Below are positions 48,579 to 61,435 of a stretch of DNA of 64,000 bases, one piece after another. Under the pieces are notes generated by a model, which saw only the letters and a program-made list of their open reading frames with translations, searched no databases and was not told where the DNA came from. The translations under genes were made by a program, and so were the position numbers. Position 1 is the first letter of the stretch. Each line of letters starts with the position of its first letter. The DNA is from Mobula hypostoma (lineage: Eukaryota): positions 1,116,001 to 1,180,000 of the forward strand of contig NC_086098.1 of assembly GCF_963921235.1 (NCBI RefSeq). Reading direction: 5' to 3'.

Positions 48579-50091
48579 CAGGTGTCCCCTGCTTTTTGAA
48601 CGTTCGCTTTACGAAACCTCACTGTTACGAAAGACCTACATTAGTTACCTGTTTCCGCTAACAGAAGGTGTTTTCACTGTTATGAAAAAGGGCAGCGTGC
48701 GCCCTGAGCAGCCGCTCCTCCCCCGGATTCAGAATGGCATTCTCGCCGGCATTGCTTAAACATGTGCCTGTTAGCAGCCGTTAGCAAGATGAGTTCTAAG
48801 GTATCAGAAAAGCCTAAAAGAGCTCGTAAGGGTGTTACAGTTAGCGTAAAACTAGACATAATTAAGTGTTTTGATCGTGGTGAATGAAGCAAGGACAAAG
48901 TGAGTTTGACTTGTGGAAGTTGATGAAGGTGATGTTGAAGAGGTTTTGGCATCCCATGACTGAGAACTGATAGATGAAGAGCTGATGCAATTGGAAGAGG
49001 AAAGGATAACAATCGAAACTGAATGCAGTAGCGAACGGACCAAAAGTGAAGTCGTCCAGGAACTGAACGTGAAGCAACTGCGTGAGATTTTCGCTGCAAT
49101 GATAAAGTACGACTTTAATTTTGAAAGGGTATATTGGTTTAGGGCATATTTGCAAGATGGTTTGAGTGCTTACAAAGAACTGTATGATAAAAAAATGCGC
49201 GAGGCCAGCAGTCAAGCATACTGTCGTTTTTCAAGCCTTCCACATCAGCCACAGCAGACGACAAACCTCGACCTTAGAAGATGACCTGCCTGCCCTGATG
49301 GAAACAGACGAAGATGAGTGTCCCACGACCCCAACCCCTGGGCCGTGGACAGATAACCGATTCACGGAGAATGCAGCGGTAGCCAGGAGGCACCCAACAC
49401 ATCTTTAAGAAAAAAAGCCGAAATAAACAAGCTAATTAATTAGGTGCCGCCCGGCACTTAAATATCGGCCCAGATCAGTGGCGATTGCTGATTAGCTTGT
49501 TTATTTCGGCTTTTTTCTTAAAGATGTGCTGGGTGCGTCCCAGCTGCCGCTGCATCACTGCATGCTTCGCGGATCGGTATTGGTCAGCGGTCCGGAGGTT
49601 GAGGACCACTGCACCACCCCAACCTCCTATGACTCAGCCTAACACACCATCATCAGTGTGCTGTGCGCTGTCTTCCCAATTCCGGTAAGCGATACTACGC
49701 TGTACATACATTTTTTCTACTTTATATAGGCTGTGTATTTTTATGTGTTATTGGGTATGATTTGGCAGCTTCATAGCTTAAAAGTTACTGGAGAGAGTGT
49801 TTTTGCCAAGAGCGCTTGTGCCATGTTTTTGCCAAAAGCGCTTGCGTGAGATTTTCGCTACACAGAACAGTGCAGGCAATGATTGTAGAGAAGTATTTCT
49901 ACTTTATATAGGCTATGTATTTATCATATCATTCCTACTTTTACTATATGTTACTGTTATTTTTGGGTCTGCGAATGCTCACAAATTTTTTCCATGTAAA
50001 TAAGTGGTAATTGTGTCTTTGCTTTATGACATTCTAGCTTACGAACCGTTTCATAGGAACGCTGTACCTTTGGATGGTGGGGGAAACCTTG
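48579..50091 (+). mobile_element. Non-autonomous Tigger/pogo DNA transposon
   Basis: TA duplication (48577-78, 50092-93) splitting CR1 gctataag, imperfect CAGG..CCCC TIRs, psq-HTH start KRARKGVTVSVKLDII and C-terminal DVEEVLASH..DEELMQL. The DDE region is deleted. Confidence 0.8.
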
Positions 50092-50239
50092 TATAAGAAG
50101 GGAAAACATAAAATATGAGAGCAGACTAGCCAATAATATAAAGCAGGATGCCAAAAGTTTTTTCTGTTATATAAAGAGTAAAAGGGAGGTGAGAGTTGAT
50201 ATTGGACCACTGGAAATTTGATACTGGTGAGGTAGTAAT

Positions 50240-50492
50240 ACTGGTGGCGCAGTGACATCAGCGCCGGACTCCGGAGCGAAGGTTCCTGAATTCGAATCCA
50301 GTTGGGCTGCTCCCGGGCACGCTTTCCATCCATGCCGAGTTGAGTGTTGAGCTCGCAACTCGGCCTCGTAAAAAAAAACTGCACTGTGAGAAGGACGTGG
50401 GGGACCACTCACAGAATCTTTCCTCCAAGACAACCACTTGAAAAAAAAAGTGGTCGCCGAGGCTCTGGCAGAGTATGGCACACAAAAAAAAA
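50240..50492 (+). mobile_element. Young tRNA-derived SINE with A-tail
   Basis: A box tggcgcagtg, B box ttcgaatcc, A9 tail and TSD gaggtagtaat / gaggtagtcat (50229-50239, 50493-50503). Confidence 0.8.
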
Positions 50493-51265
50493 GAGGTAGT
50501 CATGGGCGACAAAGAAATGGCAAGCGAACTTAATGGATACTTTGCATCTGACTTCACTGCGGAGGACACGAGCAGTGTGCCAGTGGTCTGTAAGTGTCAG
50601 AGAGCAGGGCTGAGTGCTGTTGCTATTAGAAAGGAAAAAGTGTTGGGCAAACTCCAACTGCTCAAGGTGGACCAGATGACCCATGAAGTTGTGCCAACCA
50701 TGTAACCTACTCTAGAAACAGCCTAAAATTTCCCTACCACATAGCACTCTATTTTTCTAAGATCCATGTACCCATCTAAAAGTCTCTTAAAAGACCATAT
50801 CGTGGCTGCCTCTACCACCATTGCTAGCTAGCAATCCATTCCAAGCACTCACCACTCTTTGTGTGGAAAAACTTAATGCTGACAACACCCCCCCGCCCCA
50901 CCTCCGTGCTTCCAAGCACCTTGAAACTATGGCATGTCGTGTTAGCTATTCCTGGCCTGGGAAAAAGCCTTTGGTTATCCTCACGATCAGTGCCTCTAAT
51001 CATCCTATACACCTCTATTAGATCGCCTCACAACCTCCGTCATTCCAAGGAGAAACGGCCAAATTCACTCAACCTATTTTCATAAGACATGCTGTCCAAT
51101 CCAGGCAACACCTTTGTAAATCTCCTCTGCAGTCTCGCTATAATATCCACATCCTTTCTGAAGTGAGGTGACCAGAACTGAACACAGTATTCCAATTGGG
51201 GTCTAACTAAGGCCGTATATAGCTGCAACGTCACCTCACAGCTCTTGAACTCAATCCCATGGTTG

Positions 51266-51985
51266 GATTGTAAATGGCAGGATACTTGGTAGTGTGGAGG
51301 AGCAGAGGGATCTAGGGGTACATGTCCACAGATCCCTGAAAGTTGCCTCACAGGTAGATAGGGTAGTTAAGAAAGCTTATGGGGTGTTAGCTTTCATAAG
51401 TCGAGGGATAGAATTTAAGAGTCGCGATGTAATGATGCAGCTCTATAAAACTCTGGTTAGGCCACAATTGGAGGACTGTGTCCAGTTCTGGTCACCTCAC
51501 TATAGGAAGGATGTGGAAGCATTGGAAAGGGTACAGAGGAGATTTACCAGGATGCTGCCTGGTTTACAGAGTATGGATTATGATCAGAGATTAAGGGAGC
51601 TAGGGCTTTACTCTTTGGAGAGAAGGAGGATGAGAGGAGACATGATAGAGGTGTACAAGATAATAAGAGGAATAGATAGAGTGGATAGCCAGTGTCTCTT
51701 CCCCAGGACACCACTGCTCAATACAAGAGGACATGGCTTTAAGGTAAGGGGTGGGAAGTTCAAGGGGGATATTAGAGGAAGGTTTTTTACTCAGAGGGTG
51801 GTTGGTGAGTGGAATGCACTGCCTGAGTCAGTGGTGGAGGCAGATACACTCATGAAGTTTAAGAGACTACTAGACAGGTATATGGAGGAATTTAAGATGG
51901 GGGGTTATATGGGAGGCAGGGTTTGAGGGTCGGCACAACATTGTGGGCCAAAGGGCCTGTACTGTGCTGTGCTATTCTATCTTCT
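51266..51985 (+). mobile_element. Young CR1 3' fragment (same subfamily as 8877-10690)
   Basis: Open ORF 51294..51926 is nearly identical in protein to the C-terminal part of 8938..9990. Confidence 0.9.
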
Positions 51986-54018
51986 ATCCTTCACACTGCC
52001 AAGAGTCTTACCATTAATATTATATTCTGTCTTCAAATTTGACCTACCAAAACGACCCACTTCACACTTATCTGGGTTGAACTCCGTCTGCCACTTTTCA
52101 GCCCAGTTCTGCATCCTATTGATGTCCTGCTGTAACCTCTGACAACCCTCCACACTATCCGCAATACCCTTAAGTTTTGTGTCAGCAGAAAACTTACTAA
52201 CCCACCCTTTTGCTTCCTCATCCAGGTTATTTATAAAAATCACAAAAAGGCAAGGTCCCAGAACAGATCCCTGCGGAACACCACTGGTCACCAACCTCCA
52301 TGCAGAACAGGAAGCATCTACAACCATCCTTTGCCTTCTGTGGGCAAGCAAATTCTAGATCCACAAAGCAAGGTCTCCCCAGATCTCATGAATACTGAAG
52401 CAAAGTATTCATTTAGTACCTCCGCTACCTCCTTTAACTCCATGCACATATTTCCACTATTGAACTGGATTGGTCCTGTTGTCACACGACGCATCCTTTT
52501 GCTCTTCACATACTCGTAGAATGCCTCGTGGTTTTCTTTAATCCTGCTCACCGAGGCCTTCTGATATACCCTTCTTGCTCTCCTAGTTTCATTCTTAAGC
52601 TCCTTCCTGGCAACCTTGTAATTTCCTAGAGTTCTAACAGTGCCTAGTTTCTGGAACCTTTTGTAAACTTTTCTTCTTACCTAGATTTTCCTTTTCCTTT
52701 GTACACCATAATTCTTTTACCCTACCATCCTTTCCTTACATACCTATGCAGAAAGCCATGCAAATATTACCTGAACATTTGATTTGCCAGATTTCTGTTA
52801 TGAATTTTCCTGAGAACATCTGCTCCCAATTTACACTCCCATATTCCTGCCCAATAGCATCATATTTCCCCCACACCAATTAAATGTTTTCCCAAATTGT
52901 CTGCTCCTACCCCTCTCTAGTGCTATGGTAAAGGAGATAGAGTTGTGCTCACTACCTCCAAGATGCTCTCCCATTGAGAGATCTGACACCTGACCAGTTT
53001 CTTTTCCCTATAACAGATCAAGTACAGCCTCTCGTCTCATTGGCTTACCTACATATTGCGTCAGGAAATCTTCTTGGGTACACCTAACAAAATCCACCCA
53101 ATCTAAATCTCTTGCTCTAAGTAGATGCCAGTAGTTAAAATCTCCCATCGCAACAACCCAATTAATATTGCACCATTCCAGAATCTGCCCATCTATGTGC
53201 TCTTCGATGTCTCTGTTACTATTGGGGGGGTCTATAAGAAAAACACCCTAGAGTTATTGCCCCGTACCTGTTTCTGATTTCTACCCACACTGACTCAGTA
53301 CAGAATTCCTCCATGCCTTCCTCCTTTTCAACAGCCACGATACTCTCCCTGATTAGCAGTGCCACTCTCCCACCTCTTTTGCCTCCATCCCTGCATTCCT
53401 GTCCCTGAGACATCCAAGTCTCTGTAATGGCCACAGCATCATAGTTCCATGCTCTAAGTTCTTCTGCCTTGCTTATGATACTCATTGTGTGAAAATAGAC
53501 ACATCTCAAATGATCTGGCTGAGTGCATCTTGCTCTATTATCTGCCTATCCTTCCTCTCAAAATCCCTACAAGCTGTCACTACTTATACCTCAACTGCCC
53601 CATCCTCTGCCTCATCACTTCAGTTCCCACCCTCCTGCAAATCCAGATGAAACTCTCCCCAACAACACTAGCAAGCCTCCTTCTCAGGATATTGGTTCCT
53701 CTCCAGTTCAGGTGCATCCCGTGCCACTTGTACAGCTCACTCCTTCCCCAGAGAAGTTTCCAATGATCCAAGAACTTGAAACCTGCACCCTGCACCATCT
53801 CGTCAGTCACTCATTCGTCTGTGCTATCTTCCTGTTCTTCAGCCTCCTTCCTAACTCCCTAATCTTACTGTGCTGGACTTCTACCCCTTTCCTGCCTACG
53901 TCATTGGTACCAATATCTGCCATGACCTCTTGTGCCTACCCTTCCCTTCAAAAATATCCTGCAACTGCTCAGAGACATTCTGGACCCTAGCAGACGGGAG
54001 GCAACACACTATTCTGGT

Positions 54019-54148
54019 AACACACATAAAAGTTGCTGGTGAACGCAGCAGGCCAGGCAGCATCTCTAGGAAGAGGTGCAGTCGACGTTTCAGGCCGAGA
54101 CCCTTCGTCAGGAATGAATTTCCAGCATCTGCAGAATTCCTGTTGTTT
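54019..54148. mobile_element. 130-bp inverted PLE-A mini-insertion
   Basis: TSD ACACTATTCTGGT (54006-54018, 54149-54161), a minus arm with hammerhead core 54079-54113, and the plus-strand tail 54115-54148. Confidence 0.9.
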
Positions 54149-55044
54149 ACACTATTCTGGTGTCTCTTTTGCTGCTGCAGGACACCCTATCTGTCCCCTC
54201 AACTATCGAGTTCCCTATGACTATTGCTCCACCTGACTTCACCCTAGTCTTCTGAGGCTCAGAGCTAATCACAGTTCTATTGTCTGTCTGCTGCTGCCTT
54301 ACCCAGATAGGTCATCCCCCTCAGCAGTATCTAAAGGGGTATACCTGTTGATGAGGGGAATGGCCACAGGGGGAACCATGCACTGACTTCTTTCTCCCTT
54401 TACCTTTCTCACTGTTCACCCAGCTACTCCCTGAATTCTGCACTCTGGGTGGAATCACCTGCTCAAGCGTCTCATCTATCAATTGCTCTGCCTCCTAGAT
54501 AATTGTTAGTTCATTCAACTCCTTAATGTGGTCCTTCATGCCCTTCCCGCAGGTGTAGTCATCAGGGAGACCAGCCGGTTCCATGAATTCCCACATCCTA
54601 CATTCCACTGCCATATCTGTCATCCTGCCTGCACTCTGCTATGAGCAACCAAGACCAAATCAACAATAACAAAAGGGAAAACCTACACTTCCTAACCTGT
54701 TTGGGAAATCTTCCTGACAAATCTGTTAGAGTTCTTCGAGAAAGTAATAAGCAGGGTGGACGAAGGGGAGGCGGTAGATGTCATTTACTTAGATTTTGAG
54801 AAGGCATTTGATAAGGTGCCACAGACAATGCTACTTAACAAGATAAAATCCTTTGGTGTAACAGGAAAGATACTGGTATTGAAAGTGAAATGGCTGACAG
54901 GCAGGAGGCAGCGATTCGGAATAAAAGGGGCCTTTTCTGGTTGGCTGCCGGAGACTAGTGGTGTTTAGGGGTCAGTATTGGGACCACTGCTTTTCATAGC
55001 GTTTGTCAATGATTTAGATGCTCTAAGTATGGTCAGGCCACACT

Positions 55045-56420
55045 TAGATCCCCTCCAGTTTGCCTACCAGCCCTGACTAGGAGTTGAGGATGCCATCGTC
55101 TACCTGCTGAACCGTGTGGATGCCCACCTGGACAAGCAAGCGAGCACTGTGAGGGTCATGTCTTTTGACTTCTCCAGTGCGTTCAACACCATCCGCTCTG
55201 CTCTGCTGGGGGAGAAACTGACAGCGATGCAGCTGGATGCTTTCCTTGTGTCATGGATTCTTAATTACCTGACTGGCAGACCACAGTACGTGTGCTTGCA
55301 ACAGTGTGTGTCTGACAGAGTGATCAGCAGCACTGCCTTCTCAAAATCTAAGTAAATGACATCTCCTGCCTCCCCTTCGTCCACCCTGCTTATTACTTTC
55401 TCGAAGAACTCTAACAGATTTGTCAGGAAGATTTCACAAACAGGTTAGGAAGTGTAGGTTTTTCCTTTTGTCTCTCTTTCTCTTCACCATTTACACCTCG
55501 GACTTCAACTACTGCACAGAGTCTTGTCATCTTCAGAAGTTTTCGGATGACTCTGCCATAGTTGGATGCATCAGCAAGGGAGATGAGGCTGAGTACAGGG
55601 CTACGGTAGGAAACTTTGTCACATGGTGTGAGCAGAATTATCTGCAGCTTAATGTGAAAAAGACTAAGGAGCTGGTGGTAGACCTGAGGAGAGCTAAGGT
55701 ACCGGTGACCCCTGTTTCCATCCAGGGGGGTCAGTGTGGACATGGTGGAGGATTACAAATACCTGGGGATACGAATTGACAATAAACTGGACTGGTTAAA
55801 GAACACTGAGGCTGTCTACAAGAAGGGTCAGAGCCGTCTCTATTTCCTAAGGAGACTAAGGTCCTTTAACATCTGCCGGACGATGCTGAGGATGTTCTGT
55901 GAGTCTATGGTGGCCAGTGCTATCATGTTTGCTGTTGCTGTTGTGTGCTGGGTCAGCAGGCTGAGGGGAGCAGACACCAACAGAATCAACAAACTCATTC
56001 GTAAGGCCAGTGATGTTGTGGGGATGAAACTGGACTCTACGACGGTGGTGTCTGAAAAGAGGATGCTGTCCAAGTTGTATGCCATCTTGGACAATGTCTC
56101 CCATCCATTACATAATGTACTGGTTAGGCACAGGAGTACATTCAGCCAGAGACTCATTCCACCGAGATGCAACACAGAGCGTTATAGGAAGTCATTCCTG
56201 CCTATGTCCATCAAACTTTACAACTCCTCCCTTGGAGGATCAGACACCCTGAGCCGATAGGCTGGTCCTGGACTTATTTCATAATTTACTGGCATAATTT
56301 ACATATTACTATTTAACTATTTATGGTTTTATTACTGTCTATTATTTATGGTGCAACTGTAATGAAAACCAATTTCCCCCTGGATCAATAAAGTATGACT
56401 ATGACTATGGCTATGACTAG
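55045..56420 (+). mobile_element. Rex1/Babar-type LINE (third subfamily), 5'-truncated
   Basis: [43 protein letters not shown] and a (TATGAC)n tail. Confidence 0.88.
55334..55471 (-). repeat. Inverted 138-bp copy of 54669-54806
   Basis: Reverse-complement match with about 4 substitutions. Confidence 0.9.
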
Positions 56421-56424
56421 ATAA

Positions 56425-57765
56425 ACTATTGGAAACTATTGGAAAGCATTCTTAAGAATAGGATCTACGAGCACTTGGAGAAGTACAGTCTACTCAAGGA
56501 TAGTCAACATGGCTTTGTGAAGGGAAGGTCGTGCCTCACGAGCCTAATTGAATTTTTTGAAGAGGTAACAAAAGAAATTGATGAGGGTAGGGCGGCAGAT
56601 GTGGTCTACATGGATTTTATCAAGGCATTTGACAAGATCCCCCATGAGAGACTCATCAAGAAAGTCGTGAGGCATGGGATCATGGAACCTTGGCTGTTTG
56701 GATAAAAAATTGGCTTACAGGAAGAAAGCAAAGGGTAGTAGTGGAAGGAAAGTATTCTGCCAGGAGATCGGTAACTAGTGGAGTGCCTCAAGGATCTGTC
56801 CTGGGACCCCCGCTCTTTGTGATTTTTATAATGAAGAGGCAGAAGGATCGATGAGTAAGTTTGCGGATGACACGAAGATCGGAGGAGTTGTGGATGGAGC
56901 TGAAAGTTGTCGAAGGTTACAAGAGGATATAGACAGGATGCAGAGTTGGGCAGAAAAGTGGTAGATGGAGTTCAATCCGGATAAGTGTGAGGTTTTGCAT
57001 TTTGGAAGGACAAACCAGAAGGCTGAGTACAGGGTTAATGGTCGGTTACTTAAGAGTGTGGATGAACAGAGGGACCTTGGGGTTCAAATCCATACATCCC
57101 TCAAGGCTGCTGCACAGGTTGCTAGGATAGTTAAGAAGGCCTATGGGATGCTGGGCTTCATTAATAGGGGGATTGAGTTCAAGAGTGGAGAGGTCATGTT
57201 TTATCTCTACAAATCTCTGGTGAGACCACACTTCGAGTATTGTGTTCAGTTCTGGTCACCTGATTATAGGAAGGATGTGGAAGCTATGGATAGGGTGCAG
57301 AGGAGATTTACCAGGATATTGCCTGGATTGGAAAACAAGCCTGATGAGGGAAGGTTAGCAGAGCTGGGACTTTTCTCTTTGGAGTGTAGAAGGATGAGAG
57401 GGGATTTGATAGAGATCTACAAGATTATGAGAGGCATAGATGGGGTGGATAGCCAGTACCTGTTTCCCAGGGCGTGAATAGCAAACACCAGAGGCCATAT
57501 GTACAAGGTTAAGGGAGGGAAGTTTAGAGGAGACATCAGGAGTAAGTTTTTTACACAGAGGGTTGTGGGTGCCTGGAATGATTTGCCAGGGATGGTGGTG
57601 GAAGCTAAAACATTAGGGGTATTTAAGAGCCTCTTGGACAGGCACATGGATGAATGAAAATTAGAGGGTTATGGGGTAGTTTTTTAAGGGAAAATATGGG
57701 TCGGCACGATATCGAGGGCCAAGGCGCCTGTACTGTGCTGTAGTATTCTAGTGTCTAGTGTCTAA
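56425..57765 (+). mobile_element. CR1 RT to 3' end
   Basis: QHGFVKGRSC, EFNPDKCEV, PHFEYC and a (TCTAGTG)n tail. Confidence 0.88.
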
Positions 57766-60592
57766 TAACGGAATTGGTGGCTTTGTGGCAAAGCTTGTGG
57801 ATGATATGAAGATAGTTGGAGGGGTAGATAGTGCTGAGGAAGCAATGCAATTGCAGCAGGACTTAGATAACTTGGAGAATGGACAAGGAAGTGGCACATG
57901 GAATAAAGTATCTTTCCTGGGAATTCTATGATAATGCATTTTGGTAAGAGGAACAGTAGTGTGGAGTATATCTAAATAGTTGAATCTAATCTAATCTAAT
58001 TTAAAAATGGGGAGAAGGTTCAAACATCAGAGGTGCAAAGGGACTTCAGAGTTCTCGTGCAATATTCCCAGAAGGTTAATTTACAGGTTGAGTCTGTGGT
58101 AAAGAAGGCAAATGCAATTTTGCCATTTATTTCAAGGGGAATAAAATATAAAAACAAGGAAATAATGCTGCGGCTTTATAAGACACTAGTCTGGCCACAC
58201 TTGGAGTATTGTCAACAGTCTTGCTCCCATATCTCAGAAAGGATATGTTGCCAATAGACAATAGACAATAGATGCAGGAGTAGGCCATTCGGCCCTTCGA
58301 ACCAGCGCCGCCATTCACTGTGATCATGGCTGATCATCCACTATCAGTATCCAGTTCCTGCCTTATCCCCATAACCTTTGATTCCACTATCTTTAAGAGC
58401 TCTATCCATCTCTTTTTTGAAAGCATCCAGAGACTTGGCCTCCACAGCCTTCTGGGGCAGAGCATTCCATATATCCACCACTCTCTGGGTGAAAAAGTTT
58501 TTCCTCAACTCCGTTCTAAATGGCCTACCCCTAATTCTTAAACTGTGGCCTCTGGTTCTGGACTCACCCATCAGCGGGAACATGCTTCCTGCCTCCAGCG
58601 TGTCCAATCCCTTAATAATCTTGTATGTTTCAATAAGATCCCCTCTCAGCCTTCTAAATTCCAGTGTATACAAGCCCAGTCACTCCAATCTTTCGACATA
58701 TGACAGTCCCACCATCCCAGAAATTAACCTTGTGAACCTACGCTGCACTCCCTCAATAGCAAGAATGTCCTTCCTCAAATTTGGAGACCAAAACTGCACA
58801 CAGTACTCCAGGTGCGGTCTCACCAGGGCCCTGTACAGCTGCAGAAGGACCTCTTTGCTCTTATACTCAATTCCCCTTGTTATGAAGGCCAGCATGCCAT
58901 TAGCTTTTTTCACTGCCTGCTGTACTTGTATGCTTGCTTTTGGTGACTGATGTACAAGAACACCTAGATCTCGTTGTGCTTCCCCTTTTCCTAACTTGAC
59001 TCCATTTAGATAATAATCTGCCTTCCTGTTCTTACCACCAAAGTGGATAACCTCACACTTATCCACATTAAACTGTATCTGCCCACTCATCCAGCCTATC
59101 CAAGTCACCCTGCATTCTCATCACATCCTCCTCACATTTCACACTGCCTTCCAGCTTTGTGTCATCAGCAAATTTGCTAGTGTTACTTTCAATTCCCTCA
59201 TCTAAATCATTAATATATATTGTAAACAGCTGCGGTTCCCCACTGGTCACCGCCTGCCATTCCGAAAGGGACCCATTAATCGCTACTCTTTGTTTTCTGT
59301 CAGCCAGCCAATTTTCAATCCATGTCAGTACTCTGCCCCCAATACCACATGCTCCCCATAATAAATTCACCCGCTTCTGTCTTCAAGGGCCCAATTTTGG
59401 TCTTAACTATTTTTTTCCTTCATTGGAGAGAGGCCAGAGGAGTTTCACAAGGATGATTCCGGCAATGAAGGGGTTGATATATGAGGAGCTTTTGAGCAGC
59501 TTTGGGCCTGTACACACTGGGATTTAGAAGAATGCAGGGGGATCTCGTTGAAACCTACTGAAAATTGAAAGGATTAGATAGGGTGGATATGGAGAGGATG
59601 ATTCCTTTGCTGGGTGTATCCAGAACTAGAGGGCACAGCCTCATAACTGAGGGGCAACCCTTTAGAACGGAGGTAAGGAAGATTATTTTTAGCTCGAGAG
59701 TAGTGAATCTGTGGAATGCTCTGCCACAGACTGCGGTGGAGGCCAAGTCTGTGTGTATATTTAAGGCAGAAGTTCATCGTTTCCTGATCGGCCATGCATC
59801 AAAGGAGAAGGCAAGAAAGCAGGTGTACGGGATTGAGTGGGATCTGCCATGATGGAATCTGCCATCTGCCAGGATCTGCCATGATGGAATGGATGAACAG
59901 ACTCGATGGGCTGAATGGCCTAATTCTGCTCCTATGTATTATGTTCTTATTGTCTTATGGCAAGCCTCAGGATAGAGGGGCGTCCATTTAACACAGGGAT
60001 GTGAAGAAATGTCTTTCACCAGAGGATGGTGAATTTGTGGAATTTGTTACCACAGGCAGCTGTAGAGGCCAGGTTGTTGGGTGTATTTAAGGTGGAAATT
60101 GATAGGTTCTTGATTGGCCACGGCATCAGATGTTATTGATGGGATTGATAGAGTTGACTTTTTCCATTGAGAGTGGGGAAGATTCAAACAAGAGGGCATG
60201 GGTTGAGAATTAGAGGACAAAAGTTTAGGGGTTACATGAGGGGGAGCTTCTTTACTCAGAGAGTGGTATCTGTGTGGAATGAGCTTCCAGCAGAAGTGGT
60301 TGAGGCAGGTTCTATGTTGTCGTTTAAAGTTAAATTGGATAGATATATGGACAGGAAAGGAATGGAGGGTTATGGGCTGAGTGCAGGTTGGTGGGCATAG
60401 GATAGGGTAAGAGTTCGGCACGGACTAGAAGGGCCGAGATGGCCTGTTTCCGTGCTGTAATTGTTATATGGTTATGGGAGAGGGCCAGGTAGTGGGACTG
60501 AGGAGGGGATAAAAGGATCAACCATGATTGAATGGCGGAGCAGACTGGCTGGGCCAGATGGCCTGATTCTGCTCCGATGTCTTACGGTCTTA
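57766..60592 (+). mobile_element. Cluster of nested CR1 3' fragments
   Basis: ORFs 58033..58257, 59565..59852 and 60167..60400 are CR1 C-terminal pieces, with several 3' termini. Confidence 0.75.
58253..59410 (-). mobile_element. Young CR1 fragment with internal deletions (related to 34209-38828)
   Basis: KFADDTK, FNVDKCEV, KNFFTQRVV and a (CTATTGT)n tail. Confidence 0.88.
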
Positions 60593-60964
60593 TATGATAA
60601 CATACGTGTACTTTGACAACAAATTTGTTTTAAGCTTTGAATTTAGATTTAAATAAAATATTATAAAACTTTTTAGAAAGAAATAATAAGTTTCTACAGA
60701 AGCTCCTTTTGCTTCTGAAATTGTAGTTCTGCAATCTCTGTTGAAATCAATCGATCTGGATTAGATGCACTATATGATATCAACCTGTATTGGTATGGTA
60801 TATGTGCATGATGCCTGGATAATCCAGCAAAACTGGGCTCCGTCATTGAATTCCATCCAGGATGTAATTGTGCTGAAGTCCCAATATCACTATCGTTTAA
60901 ACAGCTAAACACTAGCAATTTTGGTTTTGTCTAGCTCTTGTGTGCATAGGATATAGGGGAGAGG

Positions 60965-61300
60965 TTAAGATTAGCTTTATTTGTCAGATGTACATCAAAA
61001 CTTCGAAACATGCGGTGAAATATGTTGCTTTTGCATCAATGACTGAGACAGTCCAATATGTACTGCGGCCAGCCTGCGAGTGTCGCCATGCTTCTGGTGT
61101 CAATGTAAGTGTGCCAATAGCTCACTAACCTTAACCATACATCTTTGGAATGTTTGAGGAAACAACAGCTCCCAGAGGAAACCCACACAGTCATAGGAAG
61201 AACATACAAACTCTTTACAGACAGTTGCGAAAATTGAACCCCGATCTTATTGCTGATGCTGTAAAGCATTACGCTAACCGTTACACTGCCATGCCACCCT
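60965..61300 (-). mobile_element. V-domain-like SINE (second tail type)
   Basis: The minus strand starts ggtggcatggcagtgtaacggttagc, has core gtgtgggtttcctctggg and ends tgacaaataaagctaatct. Confidence 0.75.
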
Positions 61301-61435
61301 ACACTACAAAACCAGTATCTCTGCACCTTGGTATTGAAGTGAGTAATGCTCACCACATGAATAGGTTCTGATGCAGGAAAGTAATAAAGCATTAATTCAT
61401 ATCCACTGATGCTAGCTGTCACAGCAGTCTATATT

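Larger units (their letters stand above)
50690..54690 (-). mobile_element. Decayed near full-length CR1 with nested insertions
   Basis: 3' end at ~50690, RT 51977..52351, APE 53219..53509, ORF1 esterase 53580..53810 and N-terminal remnants to ~54620. Confidence 0.8.
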
